Shown: piece after piece, positions 32,630 through 40,522 of the stretch
Layout of the letters: the number at the start of each line of letters is the position of its first letter
Position numbering within the stretch: position 1 is the first letter of the stretch
Assembly: GCA_027487575.1 (NCBI GenBank)
Contig: JAIYDJ010000016.1
Span: forward strand, 43,868-107,867
Reading direction: 5' to 3'
Source: Rhodobacter sp.
Lineage (GTDB): Bacteria; Pseudomonadota; Alphaproteobacteria; Rhodobacterales; Rhodobacteraceae
DNA length: 64,000 nt
The notes under the pieces: model-generated
The model's input: the letters and a program-made list of their open reading frames with translations, nothing else
Databases searched by the model: none
Told to the model about the DNA's origin: nothing
Program-made: the position numbers and the translations under genes

Positions 32630-34819
32630 TCAGCGGACGGGCTGCGCAACAAGAGACAGAAGTTCGGCCACGGCCATTCGGGTTTCTTCTGCCGATGCCA
32701 GCAACGCCTGGCCGGCAGACAGCGGACCCTGTTCTTCGGTGACGGCCCCGGCAGGATTGCCAATCGCGGCAATCGCGGCGGCTTTCCAGGGCTGCGGTCC
32801 CGATGCCGCGAGTTGCGGCCAGTCCCTGGCCTCGCTGACCGCGCGCCATCGCCCATCGTCGTCCTCTCCGGCTTCCGCCAGGGTTCGGGCCAGCGCGGCA
32901 TGGTCACCAAGTTGCCGCAAGGCCGCAGATCGCAACGACATCGTCGATGGTTCATCGGACCCGGCGATCAGGCGCAGTGCGGATCGGGCATCGCCTGTGC
33001 CAAGCGCAACCCGGGCGGCGAGGTCGGCTTGCGGCAGCGGAACCAGCGCCAGCCAGTGCCCTGCTTGAGTCGCAAATCCAAGGTCCAGCAGCCGGCGCGA
33101 CAGTTCTTCGGCAACCGGCGCCGGAACCTCGGGCAATGGTCCGGCTTGCGGAATGGCATGGGTCAACACCGCAGAATCGGGGCCGGTTTCCGCCAGAAGA
33201 GTCCAGACCTCGGCAAGCGCGGCAGGAGTCTTGGCCAGATCCGCGAAGGCCGCCTCGAAATCTCCCGCAAGCGCGCGGGCCACCGTCAGCGCTTGGGCAA
33301 ACTTCGGGGCGTCGGGGTTGTTCCGACGCTCATGCAGGAACCCTTCCAACGTGGTGATCTGCGTCGGGTCAATAGGCTTGCGCAGCGCGTAGTGTGTTGC
33401 GACCAGCGCGACCAGCGCATCAGGCGTGGCAGGGCCGGAAAACTCCATCAGGGGCTGCAACCTGTCTTCGGCTGTTGCCGGATCACCGGCTTCGAGGTCC
33501 ATTCTGGTTTCCATCAGGGTCACCTCGGGCCCGGACTGCCCCGGTGCCCGCAGAATCGCATTGCGGACGGTTTCGGCCGCATCGGCATCGTCGAGCGCGA
33601 TGAACCGGTCGGCCAGCGGCGGACCAAGCATGCGGCGCAGGTGGACCGGCAAAGCCGAGAAGCTGCGCAGGGCCGCCGCACGGTTGATCGCGGTTCCCCG
33701 TCCCGGAACGGGTTCGCCCAGGATCGCCCATAAAGCCGCCGCCGTGTCGCAGGCGGCCATGCCTTCAAAGGCCGGATCGGAATCCGGTGTTGAATCGACA
33801 ATGTGAGCAAGGCTGATCAGAATCGCCGCGTCGGGTTGATTGCCGGGCATCTGAAGCAGAAGCTGCCGGGCTTCGGCGCCAAATCCGATGAACAGCAGAA
33901 AGCGCGCGGCCCGCAAAGTGGCGGCCGGGTCGGGTGTGTCGAATTCGCCCATCAGTCCTGCCATCGCGCCGGCCAACTGTTCCGCGACAGGGCGGTCCGT
34001 TCCCCACGCGCCAAATTCCAACCGGCTGTCCGCGACGCAGGCCTGCCCCTTGGCTGACAGCCCGGCCGGTGCGTCCGGATCCGCGTCGACGCGCAATCCA
34101 GGCAGCAGGCCCAGACGCATCTGCGCGGTCGGGGGAAGCGTTTGCGGCCCAGATGCCGGGGCCGGAACGGCCATGTCGACCACCCCCTGCGCGGCACCCC
34201 GGCTGAGTTGTTGCAGCAGCGCCGTGCGCAGGGGTTGAAGCGCGGGGTCCGTCGTGAAAAGCCGCGCGTCGGAACCGGGCTTGCTTGCGGTTTGCCGCCT
34301 CAGGGCCAGGCCGGTCCAGTCGTAGGCGGGCAGCGGGTCGGTTGTTTGCGGGAGGCCTGTCTGTGGCGGACGCGCCTTCGGGCGCCGGACAGGGCGGGTC
34401 GCGATCTCGGGCAGGCTGTTGCCCTCAAGAGTGATCTCGAAGGACGACCCCCTTGGCGGCGGGCCGTCCCGGATGTCGACCACCACGATGCCCGGGCGAA
34501 ACTCGAAGGGAATGGCGTGGCACCCGCAGCCGACCCCGATCCGCAGTCGCCCGGTTTCGGGGTCGACCCAGACGCTGGCGAGCCGGCCCCGACCGATGAG
34601 GTCGTAGACGCCGGTCAGGTCATAGGTCGGGCCCTTGCCGGTCAACCGGACTTCGTAGCCGTCGGCGGTACGGCCGACCTGCCAGTCCACGACGCTGCCA
34701 TAATCCAGAACCAGCCGGGTAAAGCCGTCATGGTCGCCGGTCGTGACGGCCACGGATTGCGCCAGAGCAGACAGCGGCAGCAGAATCGCCAGACAGACGG
34801 CGCGCAGAAGCCCGATCAT
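32630..34819 (-). CDS. Hypothetical secreted 729-aa protein (AMIN-like N-terminus, Pro-rich linker, long Ala/Leu-rich helical region)
   Basis: Its ATG overlaps the motA stop (ATGA). Signal peptide MIGLLRAVCLAILLPLSALA. GDHDGFTRLVLDYGSVVDWQV resembles AMIN-domain openings. No family is assigned with confidence. Confidence 0.7.
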   Translation of the reverse strand: MIGLLRAVCLAILLPLSALAQSVAVTTGDHDGFTRLVLDYGSVVDWQVGRTADGYEVRLTGKGPTYDLTGVYDLIGRGRLASVWVDPETGRLRIGVGCGCHAIPFEFRPGIVVVDIRDGPPPRGSSFEITLEGNSLPEIATRPVRRPKARPPQTGLPQTTDPLPAYDWTGLALRRQTASKPGSDARLFTTDPALQPLRTALLQQLSRGAAQGVVDMAVPAPASGPQTLPPTAQMRLGLLPGLRVDADPDAPAGLSAKGQACVADSRLEFGAWGTDRPVAEQLAGAMAGLMGEFDTPDPAATLRAARFLLFIGFGAEARQLLLQMPGNQPDAAILISLAHIVDSTPDSDPAFEGMAACDTAAALWAILGEPVPGRGTAINRAAALRSFSALPVHLRRMLGPPLADRFIALDDADAAETVRNAILRAPGQSGPEVTLMETRMDLEAGDPATAEDRLQPLMEFSGPATPDALVALVATHYALRKPIDPTQITTLEGFLHERRNNPDAPKFAQALTVARALAGDFEAAFADLAKTPAALAEVWTLLAETGPDSAVLTHAIPQAGPLPEVPAPVAEELSRRLLDLGFATQAGHWLALVPLPQADLAARVALGTGDARSALRLIAGSDEPSTMSLRSAALRQLGDHAALARTLAEAGEDDDGRWRAVSEARDWPQLAASGPQPWKAAAIAAIGNPAGAVTEEQGPLSAGQALLASAEETRMAVAELLSLVAQPVR

Positions 34820-35685
34820 GCCGCCTCCTGCTTCAGGCCGCGCAGGGCCTCTTCGACGTCCGAGAAACTGGGACGAACATGGTGCGGCGAGTTCTGCCGT
34901 CCGACCTCGATGCAGATGTTGGTCGGATGCTTGTGCAGGTTCGCAATCAGCACCTCGCGGATGAGCTGATAGAAATGGCCGTCTTCATCGACCACGGCCT
35001 TCACCCGCGTCGCGAAGGGTCCGACGATGCCATAGGCCAGAAAAACGCCCAGAAACGTTCCGACGAGCGCCGATCCGATCATCGCGCCAAGCACTTCGGG
35101 CGGCTGATCGATCGAGCCCATGGTCTTGATGACGCCCAGAACCGCGGCCACGATGCCAAGTGCGGGCAAAGCATCGGCAATCGATTGCAGGGCGTGGCTG
35201 GAGTGCAGCGCATGTGTCTGGGCAGCCTCCATCCTTTTGTCCAGCACTTCTTCGACCTGATGGGGGTCGTCGTAGTTCATCGACGCGGCGCGCAGGGTGT
35301 CACAGATCAGGTCGACCGATTCGTGGTCGTGCTGGATTTTCGGATAACGTCCGAACAGCGCGGACTCCGCCGGGTTTTCAATATGCTCTTCCAGCGCGAC
35401 AGGGTTGGTACGCGCCAGGCGAATCAGTTCGAACAGGACACAAAGAAGATCGCGGTAATCGGCCGGCTTCCATTTCGGACCCTTGAACACCTTGCCCACG
35501 TCCCGCAGCGTCTGCTTGACCGCAGCCAGATCGTTGGAGACCAGAAACGCGCCGACCGCCGCGCCGCCGATCATGATCATCTCGAACGGAAGGGCGTGCA
35601 GGATCGGTTCGAGGCTGCCGCCATGCAGGACGAATCCGCCGAACACCATGACGACGATCACGACGATCCCGATGAATCCGAACAT
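34816..35685 (-). CDS. motA: Flagellar stator protein MotA
   Basis: 289 aa. ADALPALGIVAAVLGVIKTMG...GAMIGSALVGTFLGVFLAYG is the MotA/TolQ/ExbB channel region. AGGAGG SD-like sequence upstream. Confidence 0.93.
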   Translation of the reverse strand: MFGFIGIVVIVVMVFGGFVLHGGSLEPILHALPFEMIMIGGAAVGAFLVSNDLAAVKQTLRDVGKVFKGPKWKPADYRDLLCVLFELIRLARTNPVALEEHIENPAESALFGRYPKIQHDHESVDLICDTLRAASMNYDDPHQVEEVLDKRMEAAQTHALHSSHALQSIADALPALGIVAAVLGVIKTMGSIDQPPEVLGAMIGSALVGTFLGVFLAYGIVGPFATRVKAVVDEDGHFYQLIREVLIANLHKHPTNICIEVGRQNSPHHVRPSFSDVEEALRGLKQEAA

Positions 35686-35746
35686 GGTGTTCCCCTCCTG
35701 TCTTCCGTGCGCCGACCTTCGCAGGCCGGTGTTAAGAAACCCTCTC

Positions 35747-36328
35747 TCAGTTTTTCGGCACCAGCGCGTTGCGCCCGGCGATCAGCGCGGAAATGCCGTA
35801 GGCCGTTTCCGGGCTCATGCCCGACAGGACGGCGGCAGCGGCTTCGGGGCGCATCCGGCCCAGAAAGCCTGCGGCGAACTCGGGGGCCATCGCGGTGAAC
35901 AGGGCGGCGGCGTCGGCCGGCTTCATCGATTCATAGACCGCTGTCAGCCGCGCAAGATCGTTTTCAGCGGCTCCGTCGGCCAGGGCCAGCGTTTCCTTCA
36001 ACCCCGCTTCCGCTGCGGCCAGTTCGGTCAGCCGCGCCGAGATAGCGGCTTCGGCCAGATCAAGGGCGGCAAGCCGCTCTTCAAGGACGGCTTCCTTTCG
36101 GGCCACGCTGGTTTCCCGTTCGTTCAACGCTTCGGCAAGGGCAAGCGGCGGCGGAGGGCAGGACAGCGGTGCATCGGGTTCGGCCGGTAGTTCCGGGGCA
36201 TTGGCCATGGCCGTACCGACCCCGGCCCCAAGCCGCAAAGCCCCGGACGCCGCAAGAAACAGTGCAAGGATCACCAGCGCGCCGCGCCCCGCCGGGCTGC
36301 GCATCCGTTGCCTGACCTTCTGCGTCAT
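35747..36328 (-). CDS. MotE-like / MgtE-N-type flagellar motility protein
   Basis: N-terminal TM or signal segment, a coiled coil, then LTAVYESMKPADAAALFTAMAPEFAAGFLGRMRPEAAAAVLSGMSPETA (MgtE-intracellular-N-like repeat, as in S. meliloti MotE). Confidence 0.7.
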   Translation of the reverse strand: MTQKVRQRMRSPAGRGALVILALFLAASGALRLGAGVGTAMANAPELPAEPDAPLSCPPPPLALAEALNERETSVARKEAVLEERLAALDLAEAAISARLTELAAAEAGLKETLALADGAAENDLARLTAVYESMKPADAAALFTAMAPEFAAGFLGRMRPEAAAAVLSGMSPETAYGISALIAGRNALVPKN

Positions 36329-36711
36329 TCCGCCACCCCCAGATCGGGCCGCCCGGCCCTGCGGCGCACGAACCGGACGCGCGAGGTTTCGGCCTCTGCC
36401 TCCGCGTCGTGCGAAGGCTGTGATGATTCGGGCATGTCGTGCAGGGCTGCCATCATGAGTTCCAGCCGCGCTGCTGCCGCCTCTGCCCGAAGGGTCAGCG
36501 CGTCGAGGGTGGCGGCGGACCCGGTCGCGGCGCCCCGTGCCCTGTCAAGGGCGCGGGTCATATCATCGACCTGTGCGGAAAGAACCGCGATCGCACCGCC
36601 CATCCCGCTTTCCAGCGTTGTGAACCTTTTCAGTCGGCCCGACAGCACATAGCAGTATATCGCCGCGCCGAAGGCCCCGGCCGCCATCAGGATATCCGCG
36701 ATCATTTCCAC
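36325..36711 (-). CDS. Hypothetical single-pass membrane protein (128 aa)
   Basis: TM helix IADILMAAGAFGAAIYCYVL followed by a predicted coiled coil. Its stop overlaps the motE-like start. Confidence 0.6.
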   Translation of the reverse strand: MEMIADILMAAGAFGAAIYCYVLSGRLKRFTTLESGMGGAIAVLSAQVDDMTRALDRARGAATGSAATLDALTLRAEAAAARLELMMAALHDMPESSQPSHDAEAEAETSRVRFVRRRAGRPDLGVAE

Positions 36712-36723
36712 CCGCTCCTCCTG

Positions 36724-37206
36724 TCAGTTCAGCACGAATTCAGTCACCAGAAGGTCCCGCACACGGCCCTCGCCGGTCACGATCTGGATCCGTCGCAGCA
36801 TCTGCGCCCGCAGGCGGACCAGCGAAGCCGGATTTTCAAGGTCCGCCAACTCGACCGCGCGCAGGTAGCCGTTGAGCACATCAAGGATGCGCGGCAGCAG
36901 ATGCGTCACCTCGCGCTGATGCATCCTGTCAACCTCCAGTTGGGCGGCAAATCGCAGATGCGTGCTTTGCGCGCCGGGCCCCAGCGAAATGACCAAGGGT
37001 TCGATTGCCACGAATTCCACATCGGGCAGCTTGCTGACGGCCTGCGCGTCTTCTGCGTGGCTGTCGGCCGGTGCGAACAGCAGGCCGGACCAGGTCGCAT
37101 AGAACCCGCCCGCGCCCAGGGTCACCGCCAGACCCAGCCCCAGAATCAATGGAAGCCTGGAACGTTTTTTCGGCGCCGCTTCCTGCGGCTGTTCAGCATC
37201 GGCCAA
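36724..37206 (-). CDS. FliL family protein (paralog 2)
   Basis: KKRSRLPLILGLGLAVTLGAGGFY TM segment, then FVAIEPLVISLGPGAQSTHLRFAAQLEV...HLLPRILDVLNGYL is the FliL pattern. Start set to TTG 37206, which has GGAGGGG 3 nt upstream. The ORF is open to ATG 37248. Confidence 0.75.
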   Translation of the reverse strand: MADAEQPQEAAPKKRSRLPLILGLGLAVTLGAGGFYATWSGLLFAPADSHAEDAQAVSKLPDVEFVAIEPLVISLGPGAQSTHLRFAAQLEVDRMHQREVTHLLPRILDVLNGYLRAVELADLENPASLVRLRAQMLRRIQIVTGEGRVRDLLVTEFVLN

Positions 37207-37252
37207 GGTCCCCTCCGTGCTTCGGATGAGAACAAAGATAGACCTCATCCTA

Positions 37253-37267
37253 CTAACCGATTGTTAA
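37253..37267. promoter_or_regulatory. CtrA-box-like motif in the fliL2 / fliF divergent region
   Basis: The plus strand reads CTAAccgattgTTAA, which is TTAA-N7-TTAG on the minus strand. It matches 7/8 of the consensus. Confidence 0.35.
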
Positions 37268-37326
37268 GGCCAATCCTTCAAAGCTGGGTTCGAACGGTGC
37301 AGAAGCCCCCTGATCGGAGAAGACCG

Positions 37327-38937
37327 GTGCAGAACCTGCTTTCCTTGTGGTCCGCGATGGATGCGCGGCGGCGTCTGGTGGTTGTCGGGGCCACGGTTGC
37401 GATGTTCGCAGCGATTCTCGCGATGTCGCGGATGGCGGGGGCACCGTCGATGTCGCTGCTTTATGCCGGTCTGGATTCGTCGGCGGCCGGAGAGGTTGTG
37501 GCCGCACTGGAACAGCAAGGCGTGGCCTACGAGGTGCGCGGCGATGCGATTCATGTCGAATCCGGCCTGCGCGACGGTTTGCGGATGACGCTTGCGGCCG
37601 AGGGGCTGCCGGCCAATTCGGGCATGGGGTACGAGCTTCTGGACGGGCTGTCGGGGTTCGGGACCACATCGCAGATGTTCGATGCGGCCTACTGGCGCGC
37701 CAAGGAGGGTGAGCTGGCGCGCACGATCCTGGCCAATCCGCATGTCCGGGCCGCACGGGTGCACATTGCGCAGGCCCCGTCGCAGCCGTTTCAACGCGAT
37801 GTCGACCCTTCGGCCAGCGTCACCGTCACGACGGCGGCGGGCGGGCTTGCCCCCGGACACGCCAACGCGCTGCGCCATCTGGTTGCGGCGGCGGTCACCG
37901 GGATGCGTCCCGAGGATGTGGCGGTGATCGACACGGCGGCAGGGCTGATCGCGCAAGAGGCTGACGCGGCCGCTCCGGGTGGTGCCGACCTGCGCGCGGC
38001 CGAGTTGCGCCGAAACGTCGAGCGGCTGCTTGCGGCGCGGGTCGGGCCCGGAAAGGCGGTTGTCGAGGTCGCTGTCGATGTGGTGACCGACCGCGAGGCG
38101 GTGACCGAACGGCGGTTCGATCCGCAGGGCAGGGTGGCGATTTCGTCCGACACCGAAGCGAAAAAGGGCACCGAAGCGGCTGGCGGTGCCGTGACCGTCG
38201 CGTCCGATCTGCCGGATGGCGACGCGGCTGCGACCGGCGATACGGGCCGCAGCGAAACCGAGGAAACCCGGGAACGGGTGAACTATGAAGTCTCTGAAAC
38301 CTCGCGCGAAATCCTGCGGATGCCGGGGGCGTTGCGCAAGATTTCGGTGGCCGTTCTGGTCGACGGCGTGTCGGTGACGGCCGCTGACGGCACCGTCACA
38401 CTGGAACCGCGCCCGGAAGAGGAGCTTGCCGTGCTGCGCGAACTGGTCGCCTCGGCGGTCGGGCTTGACGAGGCGCGCGGCGATGTCCTGACGCTGAAGT
38501 CCCTTGCGTTCGAAACGCCTGCCGCCGAAGGAACGTTTGCCGAGGCCGACGGGCTGGGTGTTCTCGGCCCGATCGATACGATGGCCGCGGTCCAGTTGGG
38601 TGTTCTGGCACTGGTCGCGGTCATTCTGGGCCTGTTCGTGATCCGACCGATGGTCATGGCGCAGCCTGCAACGCCTGCCCTGCCCGCGCCGCAGGCTCCG
38701 CTTGCGCTTGCGTCAGGTTCGGCGGCGGCCGGCGCCTATGGCGACAACGGCCGCGTTCTGACGGGGGAGATCGACGATGGCGGCGATTTGCCGGATCTGT
38801 CGGTGATCTCGGAGATCGACCCGCCCGAGACCGCAAGTGACCCGGCCTCGCGCCTGCGCCGCCTGATCGAAGAACGTCAGGCCGAATCCCTGGAAATCCT
38901 GCGGGGCTGGATGGAACATCAGGAGGAGCGGGCATGA
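37327..38937 (+). CDS. fliF: Flagellar MS-ring protein FliF
   Basis: LLYAGLDSSAAGEVVAALEQQGVAYEVRGDAIHV..., PGALRKISVAVLVDG and a C-terminal TM helix. GTG 37327 is preceded by GGAGAA. The track ORF from 36439 is over-extended. Confidence 0.93.
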   Translation: MQNLLSLWSAMDARRRLVVVGATVAMFAAILAMSRMAGAPSMSLLYAGLDSSAAGEVVAALEQQGVAYEVRGDAIHVESGLRDGLRMTLAAEGLPANSGMGYELLDGLSGFGTTSQMFDAAYWRAKEGELARTILANPHVRAARVHIAQAPSQPFQRDVDPSASVTVTTAAGGLAPGHANALRHLVAAAVTGMRPEDVAVIDTAAGLIAQEADAAAPGGADLRAAELRRNVERLLAARVGPGKAVVEVAVDVVTDREAVTERRFDPQGRVAISSDTEAKKGTEAAGGAVTVASDLPDGDAAATGDTGRSETEETRERVNYEVSETSREILRMPGALRKISVAVLVDGVSVTAADGTVTLEPRPEEELAVLRELVASAVGLDEARGDVLTLKSLAFETPAAEGTFAEADGLGVLGPIDTMAAVQLGVLALVAVILGLFVIRPMVMAQPATPALPAPQAPLALASGSAAAGAYGDNGRVLTGEIDDGGDLPDLSVISEIDPPETASDPASRLRRLIEERQAESLEILRGWMEHQEERA

Positions 38938-39527
38938 CGCTGAGGCTGGAAGTCTTCGAAACGGAAGCGCGCAGTTCTGCTGGCGGTGGCACGGTGGTTC
39001 TGGATCAGCTTGCACTGGAAGAGGCCAAGCTCGCCTCCTACGATCAGGGTTACGCCGCCGGATGGGAGGATGCGGCAGCCGCGCAGTCCGACGATCAGGG
39101 CCGGATGCGCGCCGATCTGGCGCGGCATCTGCAGGCCTTGGGTTTTTCCTATCAGGAAGCCCGGATGCATGTGTTGAAGGCGATCGAGCCGCTGCTGATC
39201 GAAATCGTCGAGCGTCTGCTGCCCGATCTGGCACGCGAAACGCTGGCCCCCGTCGTGCTGGAGGCCCTGATGCCGATGGCCGAGGCGATGGCCGATCTGC
39301 CGGTGACGCTGGTCATGAATCCTGCCGCCCGCCCGGCCATCGAACAGCTTCTGGACCGCGCGACGGGCCTGCCCCTGATCCTGCAGGAAGAGCCGACGCT
39401 GGGCGAGGGGCAGGTCTATCTGCGCCTCGGGTCCGCCGAAACCTTGATCGACCTTGACCGGGCCGTCGCCGAGATCACCGCCGCCGTGCGCGGCTTCTTC
39501 GAACTTCACACAAGCGGAGACCGATGA
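38934..39527 (+). CDS. FliH-like flagellar export protein (occupies the Caulobacter flbE/fliH position)
   Basis: ATGA overlaps on both sides (fliF and fliN). ~196-aa acidic helical protein. LEEAKLASYDQGYAAGWEDA resembles the FliH central motif. This is a weak family call. Confidence 0.55.
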   Translation: MTLRLEVFETEARSSAGGGTVVLDQLALEEAKLASYDQGYAAGWEDAAAAQSDDQGRMRADLARHLQALGFSYQEARMHVLKAIEPLLIEIVERLLPDLARETLAPVVLEALMPMAEAMADLPVTLVMNPAARPAIEQLLDRATGLPLILQEEPTLGEGQVYLRLGSAETLIDLDRAVAEITAAVRGFFELHTSGDR

Positions 39528-39796
39528 TGGAAAACCAGCCCGACGCCAATCCCTTTTCCCAGGTGCCGATCGAAGTGACGATTTCGGTGGGGAAAGCGCG
39601 ACCCATGGTGCGCGATCTTCTGAAGCTGACCCGCGACGCGGTGCTGACGCTGGACCGGCGGGTGGATGACCCGGTGGAACTTTACGTGGGCGACCGCCTG
39701 ATCGCGCGCGGCGAGCTGACCGAACTCGGCGGGGATCAGGCAGGACAACTGGCCGTCCGCTTGACCGAAGTCGCCAATCTGCGGGGCGGGTTGTGA
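39524..39796 (+). CDS. fliN: Flagellar motor switch protein FliN
   Basis: VPIEVTISVGKARPMVRDLLKLTRDAVLTLDRRVDDPVELYVGDRLIARGEL is a SpoA/FliN domain. Confidence 0.9.
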   Translation: MMENQPDANPFSQVPIEVTISVGKARPMVRDLLKLTRDAVLTLDRRVDDPVELYVGDRLIARGELTELGGDQAGQLAVRLTEVANLRGGL

Positions 39797-40506
39797 GACT
39801 TCTGCTGGCGCTGGGCCTGCTGCTGCTGGCATCCCCGGCGCTGGCGCAGGATGTCTCGATCGATCTCGGCGATGATGCGGGGCTGGCCGGGCGGTCGATC
39901 ACGTTGCTGGCGCTGATCACCCTCCTGAGCCTGGTGCCGGGCCTCGCCGTGATGATCACCTGTTTTCCGTTCATCGTCACGGTTCTTTCCATCCTGCGGC
40001 AAGCCATCGGGCTGCAGCAGGCCCCGCCGAACATGCTGATCGTCAGTCTCGCGCTGTTCCTGACGTGGTTCGTGATGGACCCGGTACTGACCGAGGCCTG
40101 GGTGGCCGGGGTCGAGCCGCTCAGCCGGGGCGCGATGGATGTCGAGACTGCGCTTCCCGCCATTCTGGCGCCGTTTCGCGGCTTCATGGCGGGCCGACTG
40201 GACCTTGATACCTTTGCGGCGCTTCAGGCTCTGCGCCCTGGCGAGGTTTCGGCACCGGCAGATGCGCCGCTGTCCCTGCTGGTGCCGTCCTTCATGCTGT
40301 CGGAAATCCAGCGGGCGTTCGAGATCGGGTTCCTGATCTACCTGCCGTTCCTGATCATCGATCTCGTAGTCGCCGCCGTGCTGATGTCGATGGGCATGAT
40401 GATGGTGCCGCCCGCCGTCGTCTCGCTGCCGTTCAAACTGGCGTTCTTTGTCGTGGCGGATGGCTGGAGCCTGATTTCCGGCGCACTGGTGCGCAGCTAT
40501 TTCTGA
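39793..40506 (+). CDS. fliP: Flagellar export apparatus protein FliP
   Basis: LSLVPGLAVMITCFPFIVTVLSILRQAIGLQQAPPN and FEIGFLIYLPFLIIDLVVAAVLMSMGMMM. GTG start overlaps the fliN stop. Confidence 0.95.
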   Translation: MRLLLALGLLLLASPALAQDVSIDLGDDAGLAGRSITLLALITLLSLVPGLAVMITCFPFIVTVLSILRQAIGLQQAPPNMLIVSLALFLTWFVMDPVLTEAWVAGVEPLSRGAMDVETALPAILAPFRGFMAGRLDLDTFAALQALRPGEVSAPADAPLSLLVPSFMLSEIQRAFEIGFLIYLPFLIIDLVVAAVLMSMGMMMVPPAVVSLPFKLAFFVVADGWSLISGALVRSYF

Positions 40507-40522
40507 AGGCGCAAAGATCCGG

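Noticed and set aside
37287-37295. GGTTCGAAC, which resembles a tRNA T-loop.
   Set aside because: The flanking bases cannot form a T-stem, and there is no acceptor or anticodon arm context within 80 nt. The sequence lies in the fliL2/fliF promoter region.
36439-37326. 296-codon N-terminal extension of the fliF ORF. The flgH ORF extended to 25942 and the fliR ORF extended to 30147 are the same kind of case.
   Set aside because: The extensions run antisense through or over neighbouring well-supported genes. The family-typical N-termini start at internal ATG or GTG codons that have SD-like sequences or stop/start overlaps.
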